Shown piece by piece: positions 1-9,890 of a stretch of DNA of 64,000 nt; the stretch's first letter is position 1, and every line of letters starts with the position of its first letter. The stretch is taken from the NCBI GenBank assembly GCA_963781585.1, contig CAWAGQ010000004.1:832001-896000 (forward strand). Reading direction: 5' to 3'. The notes beneath the pieces were generated by a model. That model was given only the letters and a program-made list of their open reading frames with translations, searched no databases and was not told the DNA's origin. Source of the DNA: an uncultured Gemmatimonadaceae bacterium (GTDB lineage Bacteria; Gemmatimonadota; Gemmatimonadetes; Gemmatimonadales; Gemmatimonadaceae). A program made the translations under genes and the position numbers.

Positions 1-4
1 GTCT

Positions 5-841
5 TCAGCCGCGAGCCGGCGGCCGCCCCCCGATCTCGACCGCCTGAAACAGCTCGACGAACTTCCCGGCGGACAGGGTCTCGGCCCGCACCGCCGGATC
101 CAGTCCGATCGTCGCCAGCACCGCCGCAACCTGCGAGCCGTCCCAGTGCTTGATCGCACGTAACACGCGCTGGAGTTGCTTGCGGCGCATGGCAAATACG
201 TTCTGCACAAACTCCGAGAAGCGCGGGGCGTCTCCGGGTGACACGAGCGGCGCGGGATGCGGGGTGAGCCTGACGATCGCGGAGTCCACGCCCGGACGAG
301 GGTGAAAGGCGCTTGCGGCCACGCGCGCGATGATCTCGGCCGACATCCCGATCCGAAGATTCACGGTCAACGCGCCATACTCTTTCCGGCCCTCGTCGGC
401 GACGATTCGCTGGGCCACCTCCCACTGAACCAGGAAGACCGCTCGTTCGGGCATCGGCCGCTCCAAGGCCTTGAACAGCAGTGGCGTGGTGAGGTTGTAC
501 GGAAGATTCCCCGCCAGAAGGTATGGCCCTCCGGCCAGCGCATCCCAGGCCATGGCGAGCGCGTCGCCTTCCACCAGCTGGACGTGCGGGCGGTCGGCGT
601 ACCGGGTTCTCAGGAGGGCGGCCAGGTCCCGGTCGATTTCGATCGCGATCACGCGTCCCGCACGCGCCACAAGCGCGTCGGTCAGCACCCCGCGTCCGGG
701 CCCTATTTCCACCACCACCGATCCGGCGTCCGGCGCCAGCGCGTCGACGATCCGCTCGAGCGCACGGCGGTCGTGCAGAAAATGCTGCGCGAAGCGCTTG
801 CGCGGGCGTGGGAGAGCATCCGGCGGCCGCCGCCGGGTCAC
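5..841 (-). CDS. rsmA: 16S rRNA m6(2)A1518/1519 dimethyltransferase RsmA/KsgA
   Basis: RKRFAQHFL, VVEIGPGRG, AIEID and GNLPYN motifs, C-terminal RAETL; 278 aa. Confidence 0.95.
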   Translation of the reverse strand: MTRRRPPDALPRPRKRFAQHFLHDRRALERIVDALAPDAGSVVVEIGPGRGVLTDALVARAGRVIAIEIDRDLAALLRTRYADRPHVQLVEGDALAMAWDALAGGPYLLAGNLPYNLTTPLLFKALERPMPERAVFLVQWEVAQRIVADEGRKEYGALTVNLRIGMSAEIIARVAASAFHPRPGVDSAIVRLTPHPAPLVSPGDAPRFSEFVQNVFAMRRKQLQRVLRAIKHWDGSQVAAVLATIGLDPAVRAETLSAGKFVELFQAVEIGGRPPARG

Positions 842-853
842 CGGGGCGCCTCG

Positions 854-2446
854 TCAGGTGCGGGTGATGACCAGCGTGAGGTCGTCACGCCGCGTGACGT
901 CTCCCATGTGCTGACGGAGGGCCGTCAGCATCTGCTCCAGAATCATCGCCGGTGGCTCGTTGCGGTGTGTGCGCGCGATGTCGGTGATCCCCGATTCGCC
1001 GAGGCGCTGGTCGAAGCGATTGCGGGCGTCGCTGACCCCGTCGGTGAACAGGAGCAGCAGATCGCCGCCCGGCTTCCACGGACGTCCCACCGTGATCGGC
1101 ATCTGCTCGCTCATTCCGAGCGGTGGCGCGGTGGCCTCGAGCCGCTCCACACAACCGTCCATTGCAACCACGAACGCATGGGGGTGTCCCGCGTTGGCGT
1201 AGCGCATGTGACCGCGCACCGGGTCGAGAATGGCGTAGAACACCGAGACGAACATTTCCGTGCTCTCGAGTTCATCGGTCAGCGTAGCCAGCAGGGCCGA
1301 CAGCACGCGCGAGGGGTCGGACGTGGTCTGCGCGTGAATCGACGTAGCGCTCATCACCAGCGCCATGATCAGCGCGGCGCGATACCCATGGCTCGAGACG
1401 TCGCCGATCATGATTCCGGTGCGCCCCTCGCCAAGGCGGAACAGGTGATAGAAGTCGCCGCCGACGCTCTCCGCGGGAACCACGCGCGCGGCAATCTGCG
1501 CGTCGGGAAGAAAGTGCGATGACTTCGGCAGGAGCTTCATCTGCAGGTCGTGCGCGAGCTGCATCTCCTGCTGCAGGCGTTGCTGGCTGAGCGACGCACG
1601 GACCAGGCGGTTGTTCTGGATCGCCGTGCCGATCTGGGTCGCGATTGCCGCCACCAGCTTCTCGTCGCCGGCGCTGAACGTCTCGGAGGTTCGGCGCTCG
1701 GACAGATTCAGCACGCCGAGCGAGACCGGCGAGCTTCCCGGATTGGTCCAGAGAATGGGTACCGAGAGCAGCGGCCCCAGTCGGTAGAACTCCGCCTCAC
1801 ACTCCATGGCTCCAGGCTCGACGATCATCGAGCGCTGCTCGCGGAACACCTGCGCCGACACGCAGTGCGGGTCCGCGGTCGCGATCGGCGCCGCGTCGGC
1901 GGGATCGAATCCAATGGCGGTTACCACCTGCAACGTGTCGGTTACGCGGTCGTGCACGAGCAGCGCGCCACGCCTCGCGCCGACGGTGTCGGCGATTTCC
2001 TCCAGAATCCGGGCGGCTGCTTCTTCAAGAGAGACTGTGCTGCCGAAGATCTCGCTGGTGGTGTACAGCAGGTTGATCTCCTCGTAGCGCTCCGCCAGCT
2101 CATGCGCGGCGTGCTCGACCTCCAGCTTGGATTGGTACGTGAGACCCACGAGTTCGGAGAGGAAGGCGACCTGCGCCGCCGCCACCGGATTCGGTTCGGG
2201 GAGCGGTCCCACCGCGACCCACGCGCGCTTTGGTCCCGCCACCGCAGCCACGTACAGCACCCCTCGTCCGAGCGCGATCTCCACCGGGGGACCGCCGCGC
2301 GGAATGAGCTCCACTACTGCGGGAGGCCGAATGTCCATGCGGCCGAATTCCACCGTCAGCGGGCCGGCGTCGTTCCTGGTCCAGACGATGGCGTCGCATC
2401 CGGTGGCTTCGCGAAACCGCGTCAGCAGCGAGTCGAGCTCGTTCAC
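854..2446 (-). CDS. GAF-domain PP2C/SpoIIE (RsbU-like) Ser phosphatase
   Basis: GAF region followed by VGGDFY, IGDVSSHG, NAGHP, FTDGV and DDLT motifs. Start refined to GTG at 2446, which makes a GTGA overlap with the upstream stop. Confidence 0.9.
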   Translation of the reverse strand: MNELDSLLTRFREATGCDAIVWTRNDAGPLTVEFGRMDIRPPAVVELIPRGGPPVEIALGRGVLYVAAVAGPKRAWVAVGPLPEPNPVAAAQVAFLSELVGLTYQSKLEVEHAAHELAERYEEINLLYTTSEIFGSTVSLEEAAARILEEIADTVGARRGALLVHDRVTDTLQVVTAIGFDPADAAPIATADPHCVSAQVFREQRSMIVEPGAMECEAEFYRLGPLLSVPILWTNPGSSPVSLGVLNLSERRTSETFSAGDEKLVAAIATQIGTAIQNNRLVRASLSQQRLQQEMQLAHDLQMKLLPKSSHFLPDAQIAARVVPAESVGGDFYHLFRLGEGRTGIMIGDVSSHGYRAALIMALVMSATSIHAQTTSDPSRVLSALLATLTDELESTEMFVSVFYAILDPVRGHMRYANAGHPHAFVVAMDGCVERLEATAPPLGMSEQMPITVGRPWKPGGDLLLLFTDGVSDARNRFDQRLGESGITDIARTHRNEPPAMILEQMLTALRQHMGDVTRRDDLTLVITRT

Positions 2447-2904
2447 GCGCGATTCAGCGTAAGGCGCACCACGTTGCCACCACGCTGGAACCGCTCGACG
2501 CGATCCATCAGCTGGCGCATGAGGAAGAGCCCGCGCCCGTCCTCTCGCACCAGGTTCTGATCCAGTGTGGGGTCGGAGGTACAGCCCTCGAGGTCGAAGC
2601 CGGCTCCTTCGTCGCCAACCTCGAGAATCAACGCCTGATCGTCGATCGTGGCCCGAAGGCGCACCGACTTGCCCCGGTCCTGACCGTTGCCGTACAGGAT
2701 TGCGTTCGACAGGGCCTCGGTGAGGGCCACCGGGACGTTCAACCGGCACAGCCGGGCCGGCAGGGACGACTCGGCGCATCGCTGTGCCACGACCCCCACG
2801 AGGCGCTCGATATAGCGCACATCGCTGGGAATCCTCACGTCGATCGGGAACCGCAGGTCCGTCAGGGGCGGACCGGTCGGCACAGCCCGGAAGTCGTCGC
2901 TCAT
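2443..2904 (-). CDS. RsbW-like anti-sigma factor / HATPase_c_2 Ser kinase
   Basis: EALSNAILYGN (N box), DEGAGF (G1) and GRGLFLM (G2). Confidence 0.9.
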   Translation of the reverse strand: MSDDFRAVPTGPPLTDLRFPIDVRIPSDVRYIERLVGVVAQRCAESSLPARLCRLNVPVALTEALSNAILYGNGQDRGKSVRLRATIDDQALILEVGDEGAGFDLEGCTSDPTLDQNLVREDGRGLFLMRQLMDRVERFQRGGNVVRLTLNRA

Positions 2905-2953
2905 CGCTAGGATAACGCGCGCCTGAGGTCCGGGGTCACGTCACGACGCGGTG

Positions 2954-3067
2954 GGGGGGGGCCGGTGGACCCGACGAGCCTGCCTCCCCGGCACCGCTAA
3001 CCGGTGAATGCACGATGCGCCATGAGCCACGGAGCCATGAATCGGCGGAAGAAATCCGGCCTTCTCC
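2954..3067 (+). ncRNA. Candidate structured RNA (unclassified)
   Basis: GGGGGGGGCCGG (2954-2965) pairs with CCGGCCTTCTCC (3056-3067) using G-U wobbles, and there are nested stems inside. No known family recognised. Confidence 0.25.
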
Positions 3068-3091
3068 GAACCTGATACTATTCGCTCGACC

Positions 3092-3430
3092 TCAGCCGCC
3101 GGCCCCCTTGGGGCTCTGCGGCCCACTGCCGGAGATCGTGAAGAGCGTATCGAGCTTCGTGAGTTCGAACAGGGTCTTGAGGTCGTCGTTGAGATTGGCC
3201 AGGCGGAGTTCACCGTTGCGTTCGCGGATCCGCTTGGAGAGGGAGACCAGTACCCCGAGCCCCGAGCTGTCGATGTACCCGGTTTGTCTGAAGTCCACCA
3301 GGAACTTCCGCGCTCCGCGATCGAGCTCGTCGAGAATCTTCTGCTTCAGCTCCTGCCGATTGCCCACGATGAGCTGTCCTTCGACCGCCACCACACACAC
3401 ATCGCCGTCCCTGCTGACCGTAAAGCCCAT
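3092..3430 (-). CDS. STAS-domain anti-anti-sigma factor (RsbV/SpoIIAA-like)
   Basis: YIDSSGLGVL phosphoacceptor motif and LFELTKLD. ATG at 3430 is preceded by a GGAGGA SD. Confidence 0.93.
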   Translation of the reverse strand: MGFTVSRDGDVCVVAVEGQLIVGNRQELKQKILDELDRGARKFLVDFRQTGYIDSSGLGVLVSLSKRIRERNGELRLANLNDDLKTLFELTKLDTLFTISGSGPQSPKGAGG

Positions 3431-3452
3431 GCCGTCCTCCCCGAGCGGAAAG

Positions 3453-4442
3453 TCAGCCGCCGTCGGTTTGCGCCTGGAGCGCGGTGACGGCGGCGGTGTT
3501 GACAATGTCATCGACGGTCGCGCCCCGCGACAGATCGGCGAATGGTCTGGCGAATCCCTGAAGAACCGGGCCAATGGCGGACGCCCCGGCAATACGCTCC
3601 ACGAGTTTATACCCGATGTTGCCCGCGTCCAAACTCGGGAAGATCAGTACATTGGCGGACCCTGCCGCACGGCTCCCCGGTGCCTTGCGAGCGGCAACGC
3701 CGCCGATCAGTGCGGCGTCGGCCTGCAGTTCGCCATCCACACGTAAATCCGGGGCACGGCGTCGCACGAGCTCGACCGCGCGGCGTACCCGGTCCACCGA
3801 TTCGCCGTCGGCGCTCCCTTTCGTGCTGAATGACAGCATCGCCACCACGGGCTCGTCGCCTACCACGCGGCGCCGGTCGCGCGCAGTGGCGATCGCGATA
3901 TCCGCCAGCTGTTCCGCGTCCGGGTACGGCACCACGGCGCAGTCGGCGAACGAGAGCACTTCCGGGCCCGGCGCGCGGAAGGACCCGGTCACCATGTAGA
4001 AGGCGCCCGACACGGTAGTCACGTCCGGCGCCGGCCCTACCATCCAGAGCGCGGCGCGTATCACCTCGGCCGTAGTGGTCACGCACCCGGCGACCGAGCC
4101 ATCGACTTCACCGTGCCGGACCATGTCGGCGGCAAGGAGCAGTGCCCTTCGTGCGAGCGTCGCCGCTTCATCGCGGCCAAGCCCTTTCGGCGCTCTCCTG
4201 GCAAGGAGGTCCTCCTCCACGCGGGCAACCCGGGGATCGGTGCCCGCGTCGAGCACGTCGAATCCTGCCCGACGTGCCTCGTCGATCGATGCGCCCGGAT
4301 CCGCCAGCAACACCGGTTCCGCGATGTGCTCGCGTCTCAGGGTGGTGGCGGCCGCCACGATGCGCGGATCATGGGCTTCCGGGAGCGCGATTCGCGCGCG
4401 GGTGCGGCCGGCGCGCGCGCGCAGGCCCGCGATGAAGTCCAC
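3453..4442 (-). CDS. pta: Phosphate acetyltransferase (PTA/PTB family)
   Basis: [34 protein letters not shown] and DLSRG motifs. Confidence 0.92.
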   Translation of the reverse strand: MDFIAGLRARAGRTRARIALPEAHDPRIVAAATTLRREHIAEPVLLADPGASIDEARRAGFDVLDAGTDPRVARVEEDLLARRAPKGLGRDEAATLARRALLLAADMVRHGEVDGSVAGCVTTTAEVIRAALWMVGPAPDVTTVSGAFYMVTGSFRAPGPEVLSFADCAVVPYPDAEQLADIAIATARDRRRVVGDEPVVAMLSFSTKGSADGESVDRVRRAVELVRRRAPDLRVDGELQADAALIGGVAARKAPGSRAAGSANVLIFPSLDAGNIGYKLVERIAGASAIGPVLQGFARPFADLSRGATVDDIVNTAAVTALQAQTDGG

Positions 4443-4450
4443 CGACCCGC

Positions 4451-4948
4451 CTATCGAGTGGCCACCCGGAAGCGCTGCTCGAGCGCCCGTGCCACCACCG
4501 GGTGGACGAGGTCGTCCAGTCTACCGCCGAATCGCGCGACTTCCCGAACCAGCGATGCGCTGATGTAGGTCGTCTCGAGCGAGGGCACCATGAAGACGGT
4601 CTCCACGCCCGGCGCCAGGTGCCGGTTCATCAACGCCATCTGGTATTCGTACTCGAAGTCGCTCACCGCGCGGAGCCCGCGAATAAACAGGCGCGCGCCG
4701 ACGTCACGCGCGAAATCCACCAGCAGTCCGGTGAATTCGCGCACTTCGATCCGGCCGTCGGTTTCCCCGCGCAACGTCTCGCTGATGAACCCCGTGCGCT
4801 CCTCGATCGCGAAGAGTGGCTCCTTGGCGACGTTGACCGCCACGGCGACGATCAGGCGATCCACGAACTCCAGACTGCGGCGGATGATGTCTTCGTGGCC
4901 GCGTGTGATCGGGTCGAACGTTCCGGCGTAGATGGCGATTCGGGCCAT
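4451..4948 (-). CDS. coaD: Pantetheine-phosphate adenylyltransferase
   Basis: [24 protein letters not shown] and ISASLVRE; start refined to ATG 4948. Confidence 0.96.
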   Translation of the reverse strand: MARIAIYAGTFDPITRGHEDIIRRSLEFVDRLIVAVAVNVAKEPLFAIEERTGFISETLRGETDGRIEVREFTGLLVDFARDVGARLFIRGLRAVSDFEYEYQMALMNRHLAPGVETVFMVPSLETTYISASLVREVARFGGRLDDLVHPVVARALEQRFRVATR

Positions 4949-5023
4949 GAGGAGGCGGGCGAAGGTATACAACAGTCCTGAATGCGGCCCTCGGAGTCCA
5001 GAGGGCCTGTGGCCGGAGGTCCG

Positions 5024-5575
5024 TCAGGCACCCGGCCCGAGGATGGTCCCTGTGTGCTCACGCATGCCGTAGATCGTAACCGCGGTACCGCCGTAGACGC
5101 GGCGGTCGCCTCCCTCGGGAAGGTTTTCGTGGGCGTCGTGCTCGATGCCCAGAATGCGCGAGAAGCGCCGCTCCAGCCAGAGCTGGGCCACGCGTGGCGC
5201 GATTCCAAGGTTGTATGGCGGGTCGGCGAAAGCCACATCGTAGGCGCCGGGCGCGAGCCGCTGCACGAAGCGCACGGCGTCGGCCCGATGGATGTGCGCC
5301 AGCGCCGTCGCGTCCAGCGTTTGCGCGTTCTCGCGCACGGCCCGCAGGCTGGGTGCGCTCAGCTCCACGAAATCGGCGCTGGATGCCCCCCGCGACAGCG
5401 CTTCGAGGCCGAGCGCGCCTGAGCCCGCGTACAGATCGAGCACGCGGGCGCCCGGCAATTCCCCATGCACGATGCTCATCCAGGCCTCGCGCGCGCGGTC
5501 GCCCGTGGGTCGCACCCGCGCGTCCCGCGGCGCCTTGAGCGTCCGACCGCGCCAGCGCCCGGCGATGATTCGCAC
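5024..5575 (-). CDS. rsmD: 16S rRNA m2G966 methyltransferase RsmD
   Basis: RIIAG..RGR, RPT, LDLYAGSGALGLEALSRGA and DPPY; adjacent to coaD. Confidence 0.95.
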   Translation of the reverse strand: MRIIAGRWRGRTLKAPRDARVRPTGDRAREAWMSIVHGELPGARVLDLYAGSGALGLEALSRGASSADFVELSAPSLRAVRENAQTLDATALAHIHRADAVRFVQRLAPGAYDVAFADPPYNLGIAPRVAQLWLERRFSRILGIEHDAHENLPEGGDRRVYGGTAVTIYGMREHTGTILGPGA

Positions 5576-5576
5576 C

Positions 5577-7298
5577 CTACCGCCGGACGTCCACCAGATT
5601 CGCGACCGGTCGGGCGATTTCGAGATAGGTATCGCGCTCCAGCCGATACGCGATGTCGACCACTGCCCCGGCCGGAACCTCGCTCGTGCGCTGAGCAGCT
5701 CCCCACCACACCGCCTCCAGGCGGGACGCGCCGGATGCGAGGCGCAGCTTCAATCCGTGCTCGCCGATCACCCGGGGTGGGCCCTCGATCAGCACGCCGC
5801 GTGAAACCAGCAGCGGCGCCGGGTTGCCGATGCCGAACGGCTCGAAGTGCCGCATCAGTCGCTCCATGTCTTCCGTCGCCTGGTCGAGCGGCAGTTCCGC
5901 ATCGACCCGGATTTCCGGCACCAGATCCTCCGGCGAGAGAAGCGCGCTGGCGACCGCATTGAATCGCGAGACGAATTCCTCCATACGAGCAGCGTCGATC
6001 GTAAGGCCCGCGGCGGCCCGGTGGCCGCCGAACCGCAGCAGCACATCGCGACACGCCAGCAGGCCGGCGTGAAGATCGAATCGCGGGATGGACCGCCCCG
6101 ATCCCTTGCCCACACTGCCGTCCAGAGACACAAGGATCACAGGGCGGCAGAACTCCTCCACCAGTCGGGATGCCACGATGCCGATAACGCCCGCGTGCCA
6201 ACGCGGCGACGCCAGGACGATGCCGAAGGTTGCGTCGAGGTCCACCCCCTCCATCAGCTGACGGGCCTCGTCGAGCGTTTCCCGGTCCAGCGCCTGACGA
6301 GTGCGGTTCATTTCCTCGAGTTCGCGGGCGATGAAATTCGCCTCCCCCGCGTCCTGGGCGAGCAGCAGCTCGACCCCCCGCAGCGCGCTTCCGAGGCGTC
6401 CAACGGCGTTCAGCCTGGGCGCGAGTATGAAACCGATTCGCCCGGTGGTGAGCCGTTTGCCCTCCAGGCCGGTGGCCGCGATCAGGGCGCGCAGCCCGAC
6501 GTTGCGCGTCTCTTCCATCAGCCGAAGCCCCAGGCGCGCCAGAACCCGATTCTCTCCGCGCAGTGGGACGACATCGGCAACCGTCGCCAGCGCCACGAGG
6601 TCGAGCATCCCCATCGCGGCGTTGGTGCTCACGCCACGCGCCTCGAGCAGCGCACACGCGAGCTTGAACGCCACGCCCGCGGCGCATAGATCCTTGTCCG
6701 GGTACTCCGAGTCCGGCAGCCGCGGGTTCAGCACCGCCAGGCACTCGGGCGGCGGTTCGCTCGGCAGGTGATGGTCGGTGATGATGACATCGATTCCCCG
6801 GGCCCTCAGCTCTGCCACGGGGCGGTGTGCACTCGTCCCGCAGTCGCAGGTCACCACGACGCGAGCCCCCTCACGCACCGCCGCCTGCACGCCGGCCTCC
6901 GACAGGTCGTATCCGTCGCTCACGCGATGAGGTATGAACGGCACGGCGGTGCCGCCCAGCAACCGGACCGTCTGCACCATGATGGTGGTCGCGCAGATCC
7001 CGTCCACGTCGTAGTCGCCGTGCACGAGAATGGTCTCCCCGCGATCGATGGCCTCCGACAGCCGCCGCACTGCCCTGTCCATTCCCGAGAGCAGCCATGG
7101 CGCATTCAGCTGCTCCAACCGTGGACGCAGGAACGCCTTCGCCCTGGTTGGATCGCCATAGCCGCGTGAAACCAGCAGCGCGCAGACGAGCGGAGGGAGG
7201 CGCAACTCCTCCGTCAGGCGGGTAACCGCGTCGGGATCGGGGAGCTTGGGAGGAATCCAGCGCGGACTCGGACGCGCGCGCGTGGCAGGAGCAGTCAT
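5577..7298 (-). CDS. recJ: ssDNA-specific exonuclease RecJ
   Basis: HGDYDVDG, TCDCG, TDHH, APRLNA.GR, GSGRS and FGGH..AAG motifs. Confidence 0.96.
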   Translation of the reverse strand: MTAPATRARPSPRWIPPKLPDPDAVTRLTEELRLPPLVCALLVSRGYGDPTRAKAFLRPRLEQLNAPWLLSGMDRAVRRLSEAIDRGETILVHGDYDVDGICATTIMVQTVRLLGGTAVPFIPHRVSDGYDLSEAGVQAAVREGARVVVTCDCGTSAHRPVAELRARGIDVIITDHHLPSEPPPECLAVLNPRLPDSEYPDKDLCAAGVAFKLACALLEARGVSTNAAMGMLDLVALATVADVVPLRGENRVLARLGLRLMEETRNVGLRALIAATGLEGKRLTTGRIGFILAPRLNAVGRLGSALRGVELLLAQDAGEANFIARELEEMNRTRQALDRETLDEARQLMEGVDLDATFGIVLASPRWHAGVIGIVASRLVEEFCRPVILVSLDGSVGKGSGRSIPRFDLHAGLLACRDVLLRFGGHRAAAGLTIDAARMEEFVSRFNAVASALLSPEDLVPEIRVDAELPLDQATEDMERLMRHFEPFGIGNPAPLLVSRGVLIEGPPRVIGEHGLKLRLASGASRLEAVWWGAAQRTSEVPAGAVVDIAYRLERDTYLEIARPVANLVDVRR

Positions 7299-7335
7299 CC
7301 TGGAAACTTACCCCGCCGCTACCCCCACAGCCGTA

Positions 7336-8040
7336 TCAAATCGCCGCGTACAGGAGCACTCCGCACGCCTCGCACACTTCGATCGCTCCCGTATTCGCCA
7401 TCATCTTCCGACGCTGCACAGGAATTGCCGTGTCGCAGGAGCTGCACGCGAGGCCGCTTACCGCGAACACCGCCTGCGCGTGTCGGCGGTTTCGGATGCG
7501 CTCGTATTTCGGAAGGACGTCCGCCGGCACGCCGGCAACGAGATCTCGCCGCCTGGCCTGCGCGACTGCGAGCTCCTCCTCGAGCTGGGCGCGCTCCGCC
7601 ACAATCGTCGACCGCGCGTTCGACTGCTCCTGCTCGAGTTCCTCCAAGCCCTTCTCCTGTCGCCGAATTGCCCCGTGTCCGTCGGCGATCCTGGCAACCA
7701 GTCCCTTGAGATCGTTCTCCTCGTCAAGCAGCACCTTCCGACCGGCCTCGACCTGCGCCATGGCCGCCGTTGCCTCGCGCATCCGCTTCACTGCATCCAG
7801 ATGCGCCAGGTTGCGCTCGTGCCGTTGCCGATGGTCGGAGATGCGTCCCTCGAGCTCTCGTTGTCGATGCTCGTCGGCCTCCACCAGCACCCGGGATTCG
7901 GCAAGGAGTCGGGCCGCATTTTCGCGCGCCGCGTCGAGGGCCGCGAGTCGCGGGGCGAGAGCGTCCACCCGCGCGATAAGTCCGTCCACGACGTCATCCT
8001 GGTCCTGCAACGCCAACAACGAATCGAGCACAGTCGTCAC
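7336..8040 (-). CDS. Coiled-coil C4 zinc-ribbon protein (DUF164/CT398-like)
   Basis: Long coiled coil followed by CSSC...CEAC. GTG at 8040 is preceded by GGAGGAG. Confidence 0.85.
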   Translation of the reverse strand: MTTVLDSLLALQDQDDVVDGLIARVDALAPRLAALDAARENAARLLAESRVLVEADEHRQRELEGRISDHRQRHERNLAHLDAVKRMREATAAMAQVEAGRKVLLDEENDLKGLVARIADGHGAIRRQEKGLEELEQEQSNARSTIVAERAQLEEELAVAQARRRDLVAGVPADVLPKYERIRNRRHAQAVFAVSGLACSSCDTAIPVQRRKMMANTGAIEVCEACGVLLYAAI

Positions 8041-8069
8041 CGCTCCTCCAACACGTGAGGCATCAGGAT

Positions 8070-9890
8070 TCAAGTGGTTGCAACACTTTCAGTAAGGCGC
8101 CTGATCTCATCTGAATTCGCCTGCTTCTCCGCCACCAGCGTGTTCTTCTCATCCGCTCTGGCTGCTCCCAGCAAACGCTGGATCTCCGCGTTCCGCTCCC
8201 GCAACGCCCGCAATTCGAGCCCTGCGAGGCAGTCGTGCACCACTTTTTCGGTGTTCCGCACGGCCTCCGGCTCGGCGAGCAACGCGTCCACTACTTGAGT
8301 GGACTCCGGCGAAAGTGCCCCGGCCACTTCCTCGTTGGTTGCTTCCGGGCCCAGTTGCGAAAGTACCTCGAAGATCTCCCGATATCGCGCGTCACGGAAC
8401 TGGTCCGGCCCGATTCGTTCTCCGATCTGCTCGACGGTCGAGCGCCGCGACAGCATCACGCGCACCAGCTCCCGCTCGGCCGATGTATGCGCCAGCACTC
8501 CGCCGCCCAACGTCGGGCCTCCCAAATGACCGCGGACCGAGACCGAGCGCCGTGCAGGAGGCAAGCCCATCGGTTCCGCCGCGCGCGGCGATTCACGACG
8601 CGCCCGCCCGCGCCCATCGGCTGCCTCCTTGCCGAGCACCGCGCGATCGACGCCCGACGCCTCGGCCGCGCGCCCCAGGTAGAGGTCACGTGTCACCTCA
8701 TCCTCAGTGGCCCGGATGGTAGGCAGAAGCAGGTCGATTGCCCGACGCCGCCGGTGCAGATCGGCAAACCATCCGCTGCGCTGGAGGAGTTGGATCTTGC
8801 GCTCGAAAACATCCATCGACTGCGAGATCTGGCGCTCGAGTGCCTCCGACCCGTGGGTGCGCACGAAGGTGTCCGGGTCTTCGCCTTCAGGGAGCGAGAC
8901 CACGCGAACGGAAGCGCCACTGCGAAGCAGCGCGTCTCCCGCGCGGAACGTCGCCTTCAGGCCGGCGCGATCGCTGTCGTAGAGGAGAAAGACGTTCTTC
9001 GACTGCCGCGCGATCAGGTCCGCCTGCTCGGGCGTCAACGCCGTCCCGAGCGGCGCGACCACTTCCTCGATCCCCGCGGCCGCCAGACGGACGAGATCGA
9101 AATATCCCTCCACCAACAGCACGCGTTCGGCGCGCCGAATCGCGTTCCGCGCCCAGCTCAGGCCATAGAGGAGCTTGCCCTTGGTGAAGGCGACCGTCTC
9201 CGCGGAGTTCAGATACTTCGGCTCCCCCGGTCCGAGGATGCGACCGCCGAATCCGGCCACCCGGCCCGCCGCATCGTAGATGGGGAAAATCAGTCTCCCG
9301 CGAAAGCGCGGCCGGGGTTCGTCAATGTCCTCACGTTTCGTCAGTACGCCCGCTTCCATCTGTCGCTCGTCGCTGAAGCCCAGCGCAGTCAGGTGTCCGC
9401 GAAGGAGCCCGATCTCCCTTGGCGCGAACCCCAGGCCGAACCGTTCCGCAACGGCACGTGACACATCGCGCTGCGCGAGATACTCGCGGGCCGGCGTGCC
9501 CGCCTGATCGTCCCAGAGCGAGCGCGCGAAGAAGGCCTGTGCCGCGGCGTTGACCTCCCAGAGCGGCTCGCGCGGATCGGGCCCATCCCGCCGGACGTTG
9601 ACTTCACGCAAGTCGATCCCGGACTTCGACGCGGCCATCCGAACCGCATCCGGCCAATCCAGGCCCAGTCGCTTCTGCAGAAAGGTGAAGACGTCTCCGC
9701 CCTCGCCGCACACAAAGCAGTGGTAGATCCTGCGGCGCGCCGAGACCGAGAAGTTCCGGTGCGTCCCCTGATGAAAGGGGCACGCTCCGCGGAAGTCGGT
9801 TCCCACGCGTCGCAACGTGACGAACTCCCCGATGATCGCCACGATGTCGGCCGCGTCGCGCACACGCTCGACTTCGTCGTCGGGAATCAC
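8070..9890 (-). CDS. dnaG: DNA primase
   Basis: CPFH...CFVC zinc finger, KYLNS, and TOPRIM motifs VEGYFD, YDSD.AG and EDPD. Confidence 0.96.
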   Translation of the reverse strand: MIPDDEVERVRDAADIVAIIGEFVTLRRVGTDFRGACPFHQGTHRNFSVSARRRIYHCFVCGEGGDVFTFLQKRLGLDWPDAVRMAASKSGIDLREVNVRRDGPDPREPLWEVNAAAQAFFARSLWDDQAGTPAREYLAQRDVSRAVAERFGLGFAPREIGLLRGHLTALGFSDERQMEAGVLTKREDIDEPRPRFRGRLIFPIYDAAGRVAGFGGRILGPGEPKYLNSAETVAFTKGKLLYGLSWARNAIRRAERVLLVEGYFDLVRLAAAGIEEVVAPLGTALTPEQADLIARQSKNVFLLYDSDRAGLKATFRAGDALLRSGASVRVVSLPEGEDPDTFVRTHGSEALERQISQSMDVFERKIQLLQRSGWFADLHRRRRAIDLLLPTIRATEDEVTRDLYLGRAAEASGVDRAVLGKEAADGRGRARRESPRAAEPMGLPPARRSVSVRGHLGGPTLGGGVLAHTSAERELVRVMLSRRSTVEQIGERIGPDQFRDARYREIFEVLSQLGPEATNEEVAGALSPESTQVVDALLAEPEAVRNTEKVVHDCLAGLELRALRERNAEIQRLLGAARADEKNTLVAEKQANSDEIRRLTESVATT

